This document shows, one piece after another, positions 1 through 12,900 of a stretch of DNA of 64,000 nt. The DNA is taken from assembly GCA_051362555.1 (NCBI GenBank), contig CM120640.1, positions 23,112,225 through 23,176,224 of the forward strand. Direction: 5' to 3'. The position numbers and the translations under genes are program-made. The notes below the pieces were generated by a model. That model saw nothing but the letters and a program-made list of their open reading frames with translations, made no database searches and was not told where the DNA came from. Position 1 is the stretch's first letter. Each line of letters opens with the position of its first letter. Origin of the DNA: Lingula anatina (Eukaryota > Animalia > Brachiopoda).

Positions 1-183
1 GGGAGGTAGGGCATAATACACTGCATGTGAAATAAGATATTTTTATCCATTTTCAGAAGTCTGTAAAGATAAATAATGAACATATTATTTTTCCAAATAT
101 ATTTTGCAAGTCATTTAAGTTCAGAGATCAATATCTTTAAACATATGATTATAGATTTATCATATACATATATTTTCCCATAG

Positions 184-3035
184 GAAACTTTTACTATGAA
201 CAGAGAAGAGCAGTGAATGCCTTGGTTCACATGGACAGAGCCTACCAAGTGTATAACTCCATCTGCACACCTCGGAAGGTGAGGTCCTTTCCCAGATATG
301 ATTAAACATTTTCTACAGTAAAAATAATTTTGATAAAAAAGCTTGAAGTAAATGTGAAGATATTAACCAGTGATGTGTCATGAATTTGTTTGACATACAT
401 GTAGTCAATTAAGCATTTCATATACCAGATCATAAGAAAATACATGCTTATATTAAATTCTGTCACTAATTTATGTCTTTTTTTGCCTTTTTAGCATGCC
501 CCACATGAACCTTCAATGAAGATGAGACAATTCCTTTTTATGCTGAAGGTAATTTCACTTATTTTATAATTATATCATCAAAGAAGTTTACATCATTCAT
601 CATCATTTGTTTACAATGATTTATAGATATAATAGGAGACATTGCTGTCATTTTCAGGTCATAATCAGAATTACAATGATGTTTTTAATGTTTGAATCTG
701 TGCAGGTCTCTGAATCAGTCAGTTCTGATTTCAGGCAGCAATACTTGTCCTTTTTTTTTTTTTTAGAAACTGCACCCTCATGGAAAATTTGGCCTTTGTA
801 TAAATTTATCTTACAAGTGAAAAATTATTTGTGTTTCCCTATTTACTTGTTCTAAGCAGTCCACATGTATGTTTCCAGGATTATAAACTGGTGAATGCTG
901 ACCTGACCCCACAGAATGCTATCAATGTCCTGGCAGCAGATGACCCTAAGGTAGCAGATCCAGAGGGAGCCTACAACTTAGAGCTAGAGGTATTAATGGC
1001 AATAAGTGGCAATGATGTTTTATTTGTCTGCATGTTTTCTGCATTTATTGGTATGAGCAGCTCATTGTCTCTAGAAATTTAGTAATAAAAAAAAAGAAAA
1101 GTTTCAAGGTAAAAAAAAATTGAACGTGGACATCATTTCTTACAACTGAAATTTGTGACACAAATATCCTTCCTAAAGCAAACAGTGTGTTTGTTTTCTC
1201 AAAAATTTCTTGCCTTCTAGGTTTTTGACATCTTGTGTCCACATTTCAGATGTGTTTCTTAGAGTTCTTTGAAGCCCTGATAGGCTGTGCCCAGGTGTAT
1301 GTGACAGAGGCAGTGGTCAAAGATCCGTCTACTCCACGTCCAAGTACACAGCTGACCCAGGAGCAGAGCATGCTGTCCATCCCACTGTCCCCTGGAAGAG
1401 CGGGCAGTCGAGAGCAGGTGGGGTTGCTTACTTACTTTTGAAGAAGCCTGGCACTAGTGTCATGCAGTTTTCTCTTTTTTTGACACCTGCCTTACTAAGA
1501 AAAATAACCCAGATCAGCGAAAAACCACCCTGAGCTTCAGAGATAACTTGCCACTAACCTCTTCACTATAGCCTATCTTCATCGTGTCTAAACTAGGTCA
1601 AACTATTTTCGTCAGAGGTAACTTGACACGATGAAGATAGGCTATAGTGAAGAGGTTAGTGGCAAGTTATCTCTGAAGCTCAGGGTGTGAAAAACATTTA
1701 AACCATGGTAATTTTCACCAAATTATGTCATATTTCTATTTTTTCAAAATTGGCTTATCAATTTTCTCTCCTTAAAATGACAACTTTAATATCATTCAAA
1801 AATACATTTCTTTATTAACTTGTATTTTATCAGACTGAAATAGATGACGGTGAGGAAGAAGAAGGGGAGGGATCACAACATCATAAATCTCCATCCCCAG
1901 AGACAGCAGCCACCCCTGTGGCCCCCAGGGCAGTCTCCTCCTCTGGTGGGACACATAAAACTGGGGAAGGTTCTCACAAACTCCAAGAACAGCAAGCCTC
2001 CAATGCTACTGCCAGTACTTCACATTCTGATCACCGACCTGCAGTGAGTCAACAGGAGAGTGCAAGGAACGTCCCATCTGGTAGGCTATTATTTTGTCTG
2101 AAGCTAAAAATAATAATTATTTGAATGAATGTGTCTCAAATTAATTCAAAGAGAAAAAATTAAAAGCCCGGTTTGTGGCCAACTTGAAAGTCCAAGACCT
2201 TATTTCCTGCAGGTTTATAGCAGTCACATAGTTACCGAAAGTTGAAATTGTTATTTTGAAAAAATCATTTATTCAGCCAGCTAACTTTAAATAAGCTGGA
2301 TACAAATATGGCTTTACAGTCACTAGAATTTTTCACACAAACAACATGTTATTGATGTAAAGTTATTTAGTTGTTTATGCTATCCAGAACAAGGTGGTTT
2401 GGCTGACACCAGGAAAACCATGTCCTTTATAAGTGCACACAGTCACAGGACAGAGGAGGGGGAGCCACCACTCATGCAGAGTATGGTCTCTGTAGGCGTG
2501 GCACACTCTGATATTGGAGATGAAGAGGAAGAAGAAGGTAACAAGGCATAAATCTAATAAATCTTTAAAAACTTGACATTTTCTTATTTATTATATAAAG
2601 AGAGCAAAGAGGCTAAATTTTTTATTCTTGCTGATATAGCTTAACTGGTATACTAATCCTGTCATATAATAAGGATGATTCATCCCCTTTTTTTGGTCTG
2701 TGTGTGCTTTAGGTATTGTTTGTTGAAACCCAATAGACAATCTTTCCAGTGTAGTAAGCACTTTCTTCATAAATTCATTCAATATTAACTGCCTTTCAGA
2801 ATGTGAGGAAGTGGTAGAAGAGGAGGAACTGGATGAAGACACAAGAAAATACAACTTCTGGACACATCAGGTGCACATCTTTTTTATGCGTAAATTTTTC
2901 CCAGCCTATGAGAACATGTCCATGCTGAATCACATGATAGCACTGAAGTATGCTGATGACGGAAGACGGCACTACCACCCAGAGGAAGAGAAGTCCACCA
3001 AGTCTCCATTAAGATCATCGCCTATTGAAAGTTAA
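184..3035 (+). CDS. RSPH10B: Radial spoke head 10 homolog B (RSPH10B), 3' part; gene begins upstream of the window
   Basis: GT-AG exons in consistent phase: 184-278, 495-548, 879-989, 1250-1417, 1834-2080, 2388-2537, 2800-3035 (TAA). The spliced peptide GNFYYEQRRAVNALVHMDRAYQVYNSICTPRK-HAPHEPSMKMRQFLFMLK-DYKLVNADLT...LELE-MCFLEFFEALIGCA...YNFWTHQVHIFF matches the recalled vertebrate RSPH10B C-terminal region (PHEPTMKMRHFLWMLKDFK...FLEFFEALL). Confidence 0.88.
1526..1687. mobile_element. Fold-back MITE with perfect 63-bp inverted arms
   Basis: 1526-1588 is the exact reverse complement of 1625-1687, with a 36-bp spacer. Flanked by CGAAAAAC / TGAAAAAC, an 8-bp TSD with one C>T change. Confidence 0.85.
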
Positions 3036-5591
3036 TTTTGTTCAAGGATATGTTTTAATCCCTGACAGGCACAGAGAGCACCAAGAGAGGGACTGCAAGG
3101 AACTTCCAAGATTACCAGTGCTCAATTCAAGTAAAAGACTAACCAGCATGACAACTAGGTTGAAGTTCACGTATGTGACTTAAAAAACTATCACTCCTTA
3201 TGAATAGGTATTCAACTCAAATGAGTAGCTCGACTTGGACTGTGATAGATTTGAATGGACTGATTTGATGTATAATGTACTGAACTAGTTAATGGAGTCA
3301 GTATCCAAGTCTGCAGATACTCAATCAGAAACCTTTTGAAATACTGTTCCACCTCGGTATACTTAATAATCTTATCGTATTTTATATTGATTGTTGTACT
3401 TATGTATTTTTTCAAGGATTAAATCTATTTGTGATTTTTGTTTTGGTTATGTCCGAGTATGGTCATTCTAAAATAACTATGCACTAAAAAGGCAATGATG
3501 AGACAGAAAAACAAGCAAGCAAACAAACAAAAAAACATTTTGTAATTTTTAAAAAATTGTATATTTATATATGCATTCCAAAATTTTCACTACATATTCT
3601 TGTTATCACTTTACCAATAGACTGTAAAATGAAGTTCAGCACAACACCAGTGGGATGACATAACGCTAGAATTATATTTTTCCCTAACGAGAGAACTCCA
3701 TTTTTTTTAGTTTCACTAAGTTTCAGCACCAACCATGTGTACAGCAGATACAACATCAAAATGTGATATTTACACCTGTTCAAAGCCATGCCACCAACTA
3801 AATCTACCATTCAAAAGCCCATGCCAAGTCTTTATTATTATCTCAGCTTACTAGATCAATGAAAGTGAAAATAATCTAAATGATCAGAAATAGCATTTAT
3901 AAATCAATACTGGATATTTACAAATAGTAAAAAGCAAATAATTACAGTAGGTTGAACCCCTAACTGCTGCTATTGAAATATAATGTATAATATGCTTTTC
4001 TGAACTATCTGACCTGGGTGGCTCAATGTTTGCAGAGTAGTGGGATATTGCCCCGAAAGCAACCCTGAATTCTACTGGAATGTCTCTACTCTTGTATATT
4101 CATTCAAATATGGTGCATTCAATACAGTTTTTAAAGATCCATGGCATAATAAAATATATAGATATACATATAGTGTTTAGATTCTTTTTAAGAACTGTCC
4201 CCCATGTGGCACTGATCATTTTATTCAAGGAACAACATCATTAGAATGGTTATATATATCATATAATTATGGTGACTCCTGGAAGGTCATTATGCAAATA
4301 TAATCATGCCCCGTTATTACCTGAAACAAAAGAAAAAAAAACATGACAGACATCAAACTCAAAATCAATTAAAAACTTATCCTTAAGATGGTGTTGTATA
4401 TAACACAATAAAGCTTCAAAATGATGAAGATTAACATATTTCATACAAACAATGGATGTAGATAATTCTACATACTCCACACTCTTCAGGGTACAAATAC
4501 AATATTATTCAATTCTGCACAAACAAGCACTTGCTACATCACCTGGCTTTTTCTTTCACTTATTTTAATTCCATCATAGGATATCAATATATTTTTTGTT
4601 AATATGTACTTCTGTAGCACACAATGCATCTATACATAAATGTTAACTAATCACCAATGGATTTCACACCCTTCACTTCCCATGCCTATGTTGTCACTTG
4701 ACAGTTAAGAGACAGACATTGATGAAGTATTCCCCAAGGTTGACATGGCCAAAAATATCAACAGTTTACACATAGGAATGACATTCACCTCGAGTGTTTT
4801 TTTTACATTCATTTTACAAAATACATCAGTGATATGCTATATATAATGAGCCAATTTTCTATGTTGTTATTCAATCAGTTACACTAAATCAATATTCTTA
4901 AATTTAGTTTGTATTGCTGCACAGAGATATCCCCAAGCTACAAATTTTTTATAAGACCATACACGACATTTTTAACATACACCCATGTACAGACACACTT
5001 ACCATTTACAGGTATAGTTACATGAATTCTGTTTAAACTCCAAGCAAAAATGAATAGCCTCTATTCAATGGTGAATTGGTATGAATACAAGAAACAAAAT
5101 ATATTAGCAGGAACATGACTTGCTTGGTATACTTATTCTTACAGTTACCAATTGACTAGGAGGCATGAGTCATCACCATACTGTTTATCAGTATCACAAT
5201 TAAATTATATCCAATATATTAAAGATTTGGTTTTTGTTTGGATACTTGTTTAAATGGCAGTAATGATTTCATCATATTAAATCATCATTTGATTTTGATG
5301 AAGAGAAGAAACCAGCTTCCAGAGTGATATATGTTCCCCCCCTATATTCATTCAAAGTAAAACACTCCAAATCTGCATATACCACAAAGTACTCTATCCA
5401 CATTGACAATATATTCTAGAACTGGACATAACTAAGACGGGTCACGATATTACAATTTACATATTCCATTCTTTTCTGATCCTGACTATTTGTACAATTC
5501 TATACAGCCAACAGCATTCTTGCACATGTTGTACACATAAGACAGTACTTGTATGCCTTGTATGTATAAATAAAAGGCAGTTTTAGTCCAG

Positions 5592-8500
5592 TCAGAACTG
5601 ACTCTCTAACAGCTCACATAGTGTTGTTGATATTGCATCTTTGCTTGCTCTAATTGTTAATCGGTACATCTGAAAATAGTATTTGAACAGTATTTCAATA
5701 TTATTGTAATGGAGAGTCAATGGTAATGGAAAAGGACTTAATTCTAAAAACAATGTATTCTGCTCCACTGTCAAAAGAGAAATATTTGTCAATATGACGT
5801 ATTCTTTACTTATACACAAACAAATTTTGGGCTCTATCATCTCCTGCATAACAGTAAAATCTGTAACCATAGTCCACATGCCATTTGTACTATTTTTTAT
5901 CTACTAATGCACCTACCTGAGCTTGTGAATTTGGTTCCAGTCGTAACAGCACACCAATCTGTTGATTCCGTGTGTGCAAGACACCAGCAGACACAAAGTT
6001 CTCTGGGTTTGGATCAACATCTTCTAATATACTCAAACCAAAGCAGAGAAGCTAGAAGTGCAAAACATTCTGTGTTGTTAACAAATGAATGCAAAAGCCA
6101 AATTCTAACAATGTTAATAATAGTATATCAAAGTTCATTTTGCCTTAAAAGTTTGTAGACACCTTTTCAAAAAATTGTCATGATATTCCTACCTAATCTT
6201 TCAGTTTTTTTTTTCTTTTTGTTCCTTATTAAAGAACAGCAATCTAATGTGTCATAAGAATACCTTTGATTTTGTTTGTTCTCCATCCATTGGTGGTTTT
6301 GCTTTAAATATTTTCTGGCATTCCTGGGCAGGGCTAAAGAGGTGAAATTGAAAAGCTTGACTTAGTCCATGTGCATTTTGGAAAAAAATAATTAAAAGAA
6401 ATCATAATTAAATGAAACAGTCTGTTAATTTTGTTTAGAGAAAAGCATTTCTGATACAGAAAAATCTTACGCAAAACAGACTTACGCTGATAAATTTTTC
6501 CATCTTTGAAAGAAAGTGGCCGCATCCATTTCAGCTGGTTCTAAAAATTTATTCACCATTACTGGCATCTTAACAGTCATATGTTGCTGGGCACCATTAT
6601 AACTGAAAATCCAAACAGATACAAAATTAACTTAAACATCATAATATTTGTTTTAAAAGAAATTTAAAAGAAATAAATCTAACCCCTGACATAATTTTAA
6701 TCAATCAATCGCCTTTTAATCAAAACATATTTGTGCAAAATAGCATTTATTTACTAACTGTACCTAACAAGTCAGAAAAACAAAAACAGTTCAATCATAT
6801 AAAATAGTTCAGTCATATGAGACTCATTTGTCCACATTCTTATCTCATAAATGCATCGACCAAACTACAACACCACCATTCAATATAATATTGTTGGAGA
6901 ATTAATGAAAAAGAAAACTGAATATACTTACAGGAAATTGATTACTAGTACAGGAGGCACTGTGAAATCTGTCACACACTCAATATTGACAAGTTGCTGC
7001 TTCTGGGCACCTGCCTCTACCTGTGAATCTACTGGTTTAGCTTGAGCCATGAGTTGTACAAAAGGTTAAGGAAAACACGACTTCAAACAAGAAAGCTTAC
7101 CACAAGATGGAAATACAGACTCCCAGTACTTAAGGTTGAAGATTATTGTGACAGTAATAGCAACTAAAAAGTATCATACAGACTGCTTTCCATTTGTACT
7201 TAACATTCTTTAACAAAGTAAGTACCTACTTAGATTTACAACAATGGAATTGATATTTAAAATAATAAGATTTACCATATATCCATATCAGATGTATTGA
7301 GAGCTATGATGTTTTTGTAGCAAAATGGCACACACCGTTTAACAAACCATTAACCATGTTTCCTAGACTAAGAAAACAATAATAAAGAAAAAGAAATTGT
7401 GTAAAGGATATGACTACTTAGCTCTCCTGGAAGGCTGACTTCTGCGGTAAAATTGGAAAATGGCACGCTAGTTTTGTTACCATAGAACATTCCCACTCTG
7501 CCAAGGTTTTGCTTGTACTCGGATTTGATCCCAATTTGAAGCAGATCATTTTCAAAAATAACACCATTGTTTCTGCATACAAACCTGGAATAACAAACAA
7601 AAGATTCAAATTGCTGTAAAAACAAACTGTAAATTATCCAAAAGTTAAAAGAGAAGAGTTATTCTACAAATACAAATGCCTGCCTCAAGTTAAAAATAAT
7701 CTTCAGGTCATGTTTAAAGGTACATTTCACGTAAAATCAAAACAACACTTTTCTCTGACAATCTTTTTAATACATTCTAATTACATCATTTTTATAAGAA
7801 AATGTGTGTAATTCAAAGTAAAAAAAAAGATCATCTCAAGATAAAACACTCCTGCTTTCCTAAATTTTCAAGTTCCCCTTGGATCTTTGGATCTTCATAA
7901 TGTCTTAGGGACACTGATTGCAATCTTTTTATTCTATGGTTAACAACCAAAATAAGAGTTACTTATGCAATAAGGAATCCTTATATTATTTCCCAAAGGT
8001 TGCTGAATGATGAGATACTATGTCACACAACCCTAATATAGCTTCACTACAAAAATGTTTAAACACATCTCTTAGCTACCACTTGGGTCACATGGCAAAA
8101 AAGTAAGATAACACAGTTACTGACAGCATGTAAACATTATGTAAGGTTCAAATATATGATTAGTAGGCATGATTCATGCTTCAATTTCTACACATCTGGA
8201 TCATACTTTGTTCTGCTCTCTAGGCTTTATATCAATAAACACTAGCATGAAAACAAACTACTCATATCTGAGCACTACAAAAACATATCAAGTTTATAAA
8301 ACTAAAAGGTTAGGGATTTGTGGCAACAAACTTTAAGTTGCATAAATACATTTTCTCTAATTATTGGAAAATGTGCTAATATTCTAAAAAGAAACAAAAA
8401 ATACTTGTACTACTTCACTGTACGTCATAATGAAAGATTCAATACAATTCACAGAACAAAATTCAAATCCACTAATACTTCAGCCATAGAAAGTTGTGAC

Positions 8501-9869
8501 ACTCACTCGTGTATTTTGTCTGGTCCAGCCTCAAGATCTGGGGTAGTTGCACTGAATAATAAGCAAGCATTCAATACAAACATGCATTACAATGGAACAT
8601 ACACTTTCAGTTCAAGCCAGGAGGATGTTCTAGCACAATCAACTACTTTTGTCACTTCTAAACTATAAGATGTACTCCACAAAGCAGCAAGAACATGGGG
8701 TAGCACTCCTTTTTAAACATTCAGAAATCATTATTCTATCCCATACTTGATAAAAATCACTGACAAAGCTCTAACAGATCATCTGGACAAGTACCTTTTA
8801 CTTTCTTGGCCACCAAGACTAAGATGTTAAACTATGAATAACAGTTTCTTTTTTCACAAGTTTACACCACAATTAAACACATTTTTCATTAAATTTTCAA
8901 CTCCTTTATAAATTACTGGAATATCAACAGAAAGGTAATTAATATCAAACATAATTCTTTCTTCAGGAAAAGGAAACCTCTAAATCAATATGCTGTTAAG
9001 TGTGATATTTTATGTTCTGATGTTGGTTAGTATGATTCAGAGAAGTAAAATCACAAATTCGTTCAAATTTATAAGCAGGTTCAACAATTAAAGGATTTAC
9101 ACATACATGTATAGAGTTAAGCAAATAAGCGGTTCACACTGCTATATCAAACAGTTTATTACCCCAGTTTAACACACTCTAGATAAGCACCTCAACCACA
9201 CAAAAAGCACTGATTTCTACAGACAATCCAATAATTCAACATCTTTAACAATGTTAAGCCAATATCTTCCAACTCCTCAATATTACAAAAGTAAGCTTTA
9301 CATAGAGTGGCACAATGCCTCCAGTTACTGAAAGCTCATCAGTAACTCTGCACTTCACATCATTAAAAGACTCATCTAGTAAAGGTGAAACTTTAAAACA
9401 TCTTGTACTTGTATAGATATTCCCAATTAAACCAAATTAGCCCAGATTATAATTCAGCTCCTCATTAACATTTTATAACGGGTGACTATTTCACCATGCC
9501 CCACCTCCACAACCTCCCAAATATATTGAATGTGTTGATCTATATCACACCAACTGTGTCCTCTTATCATGCCAATAGATCAGCTATACTGTAATAAACT
9601 ACATAAAAACAGCTCATCATCACCACAAACAAGTGAAGCACCACACACAGTCAAAACCCAAACAGATCCAAACCTTTTGTAGTTCTCGTCTGCAGCAGCT
9701 GTTAAGCCATTGCTTGTAGGAGATGCGCCAGTTCCCAGCATGTCAAACACATCCACCAGACAGCCAGTGTCATTGGAGGCAGGAGCAGCTGCAGGGGGCG
9801 CTGAAGACGAAAGGCCAAGCAAATCTGCTGATCCTCCTGATGCACCCTGAACAAGAAAATAATGCGTGG

Positions 9870-9902
<33 letters not shown>

Positions 9903-12900
9903 CAAAAAGTGCTATCTTATACTATCAACATGTAACCAAAAAATGCATAAAAAACATTACGTAGGTTGTTATTCAGAAAATGAAATAGCCAAACACAGAT
10001 GTGTAGCCCTTTTAATTTTCAATATTTTATTTAGATAATTCAAAATAATATTTTAAAATTAAAGTAACCAGATAAAGACAACATAATAAAATACACATAG
10101 GAAAAAAATTTAAATATCAACAATTTGGCCAGCAAGCTGTAGTATCATTGTCCACTCCTGAGGTTCTACATTAGGAGCCCACTAACCCATGGCTGATAAC
10201 TAACATATATACTAACCTGTGACTAGCAACTACCATATATACTAACCTCTGGCTGATAACTAGCATATATACTAACCTGTGGCTGGTAACTAGCATTAAC
10301 ACTAATCTCAGGCATTGGTTTGGATGCAACAGTGGGGGGTGAAGACTTGCCGCCAGCAGCATCTGGATCCTCTGCAGCTCCTGGCTTCTTCTTCTTCAAT
10401 TTGGCTAAAATGGAAGATTCTCTTTCCGGGAAGGGAGGCATCTCTTCTAATACTGTAGCCTGTGAAAAAGATTATATCTGAAGTATCTGCATTTTCTAAA
10501 AACCTAAGTGTAAAGATAAAATAAGATCCAAATATATTGAATTTATGCACATACATGTGTAAATTAAATTCTCAAAATATTCAGTCAACCATTTACTGTT
10601 GTTAATAACAAGAAATATCTTACTGCGGTGCATATATTCCTAGTCATAAATTTTCAGTTAAATGCATTTCTTTTTCTTTTTTGCACATACCAGTACATCT
10701 GTAGAAGTGACTGAAGTCAGCTGCAAATACTCTATAGCCCTCTGCTGAATTTCTACATCTGGGTTTCTTATATTATTGTCATTTCTTAGAATCTGAAAAA
10801 CAGTATGTGATACTTAAAATTATTGAACATCTATGTTCTACAGCATTTTCAAAAAGAAAAAAAATGATTATAGGAACATTTTCCTTCTGTAATATAGTTA
10901 GATCTAAACAGCTCTAATAAACCATTGTGCAACTGCTGATATTATGTTTTAAAAATCAACCAAAAACACTTGACCACACCATTACACTGACCTCTTGTAT
11001 TTGTGCCTTTATCTCTGGGAACAAATTGATAAATTTAACATAAGTTGAAAGCAGCAGTCCCCTAGTGCTTGGAATACACAGGTGGTACTTAGAATGGAGC
11101 AACTGGAACTGCACAATAGGACTGGAAAGAAAGTACAAATGGCTCTTCAATACCACATAAATCCCAATCTTTGTATCAACATTTTAAAAAAATTAGGTTT
11201 ATCTTTTCTTTAGATAAATGATAGGTTTTATTACTTATGTTTAACTCAAATAAAACCTATGTGTTAATTATAAAGAATTTTTCAAGACTAGAAAACTTAT
11301 ATCTACAATGGATACCCACCTTGACCTATGGTCTCCAGCTATTAGGTTACCAAATTCTCCTAATATGTATCCACCTACTTTCACCATGTTCTCATGACAT
11401 GCTGGTGCCTGGAGTGCCTGAAAAAAACATGACTATTTTCAGAATGTTGTTCCCAGTTAAAGGACAAAAACCTGGACATCTTCTGTAAAGTTATCCATGT
11501 TGGGTACAAGATAAAACATCAGGAGCTTTTATGTTATTAAGTAATCATTTTGCAAACATGCCTCAACTGTAACAAATACCATCAAATACTGACATAACAC
11601 ATAAAATGATGAACATTTAACACTGGCTACACAGCATCTTACTTCGAAGACAGTCTTGGCAGCATATCCCTGAACATCATCCCTGTTGATGACAATCTGT
11701 ATAACTCTGTACCAGACTTCCTCGCTGACGTAATCTCCAGCCAGGCGGATCAGATTCAGGATGGTGTCCACATACCATGTGTAGTCCACTGCATACTTCT
11801 CTGCCAGGATAGCCACTTTAAGGACCTGGTAGGGAGAATTGGATAAGTGAGAAAAGATAGTGCTTGCCACTTCTTCTAACTTGCTTATGCCCCTATGTAT
11901 AGTTATTGCACTAATATGCACTTATAATCTTTAACTTTAAAGCTTATGAAACTATATTTCACTTAAGTTTTAATAAAAATTTCATTTAAGACCTTCACAA
12001 AAGCTGCCTTGACTGTCAAATACTACATACAAATCACAGTGTTTAAAGCTCGGTTTAGTATCATTTGGTTTAAAGATGATACCCTTACCATTTCTTCTCT
12101 AATAGAATAATCTGCTGTTTCCAAATAAGTCAACATCTCTGCTACAATGTCTTCTGCATTGGTTCTGTCACACATGGCATACAACAGATCCACAGCCCTC
12201 TGACGAACACTCACGTCCCTCTCAGTCTGGAGATTTACAAATCAGAATTGGAGTTATTACTCATAATTCTTCATCATATTCTATTCATTTTGTTCATTTT
12301 TAGAAAAACAATTTCTGATATAATCCCAATTTATTTTTAAAACATTCAAATCACTTTTTACAGAATTACATACAAAACATTGTTTTAAGAAATGCAATTC
12401 ATCAATTTTTTAAAATCATTTATTGTATCATATTGTCAACCAACTGTAAATCAATTAATTTATATGACATTAAGTCTATAATATCTGTACCTTGAGTGCA
12501 TTGATCACAGTCTCCTGATGCTTTTTGACTGCTTCATGAGAGAATTCTGAGGTTGCCAGCAAGCACATACTTTCTAATGCAAGATACCTAGAAAACAGAC
12601 AATGTAGAGTAGGTGTGGCACTAGCAAATAACACAGAACACCATTCTCCTCCAGCAACGTAAAGAGCCTTCCCACATTTTAACACTTTATTTTAGACACT
12701 AAAACACAGACTAAGTTGAGTAGGAGTAGCACTGTTATATAACATAAAATGCCTTTCTCCTCCAGCAATAGTAAAGAGCATTCCCTTGTTTCAACACTTA
12801 ATTCACCACACTAAAATGTCCATAACTTTATTAAACCTAATCAATAATCATGGATGGCATTAAGCTGAACTGCTGAATCAACTAAATCAAGTCAATAAAA

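Noticed and set aside
9298-9395. Exon-like block in the AP2A hinge intron ([15 protein letters not shown]...)
   Set aside because: The available acceptors put an immediate TGA in the required phase 2, so it cannot be supported as a coding cassette.
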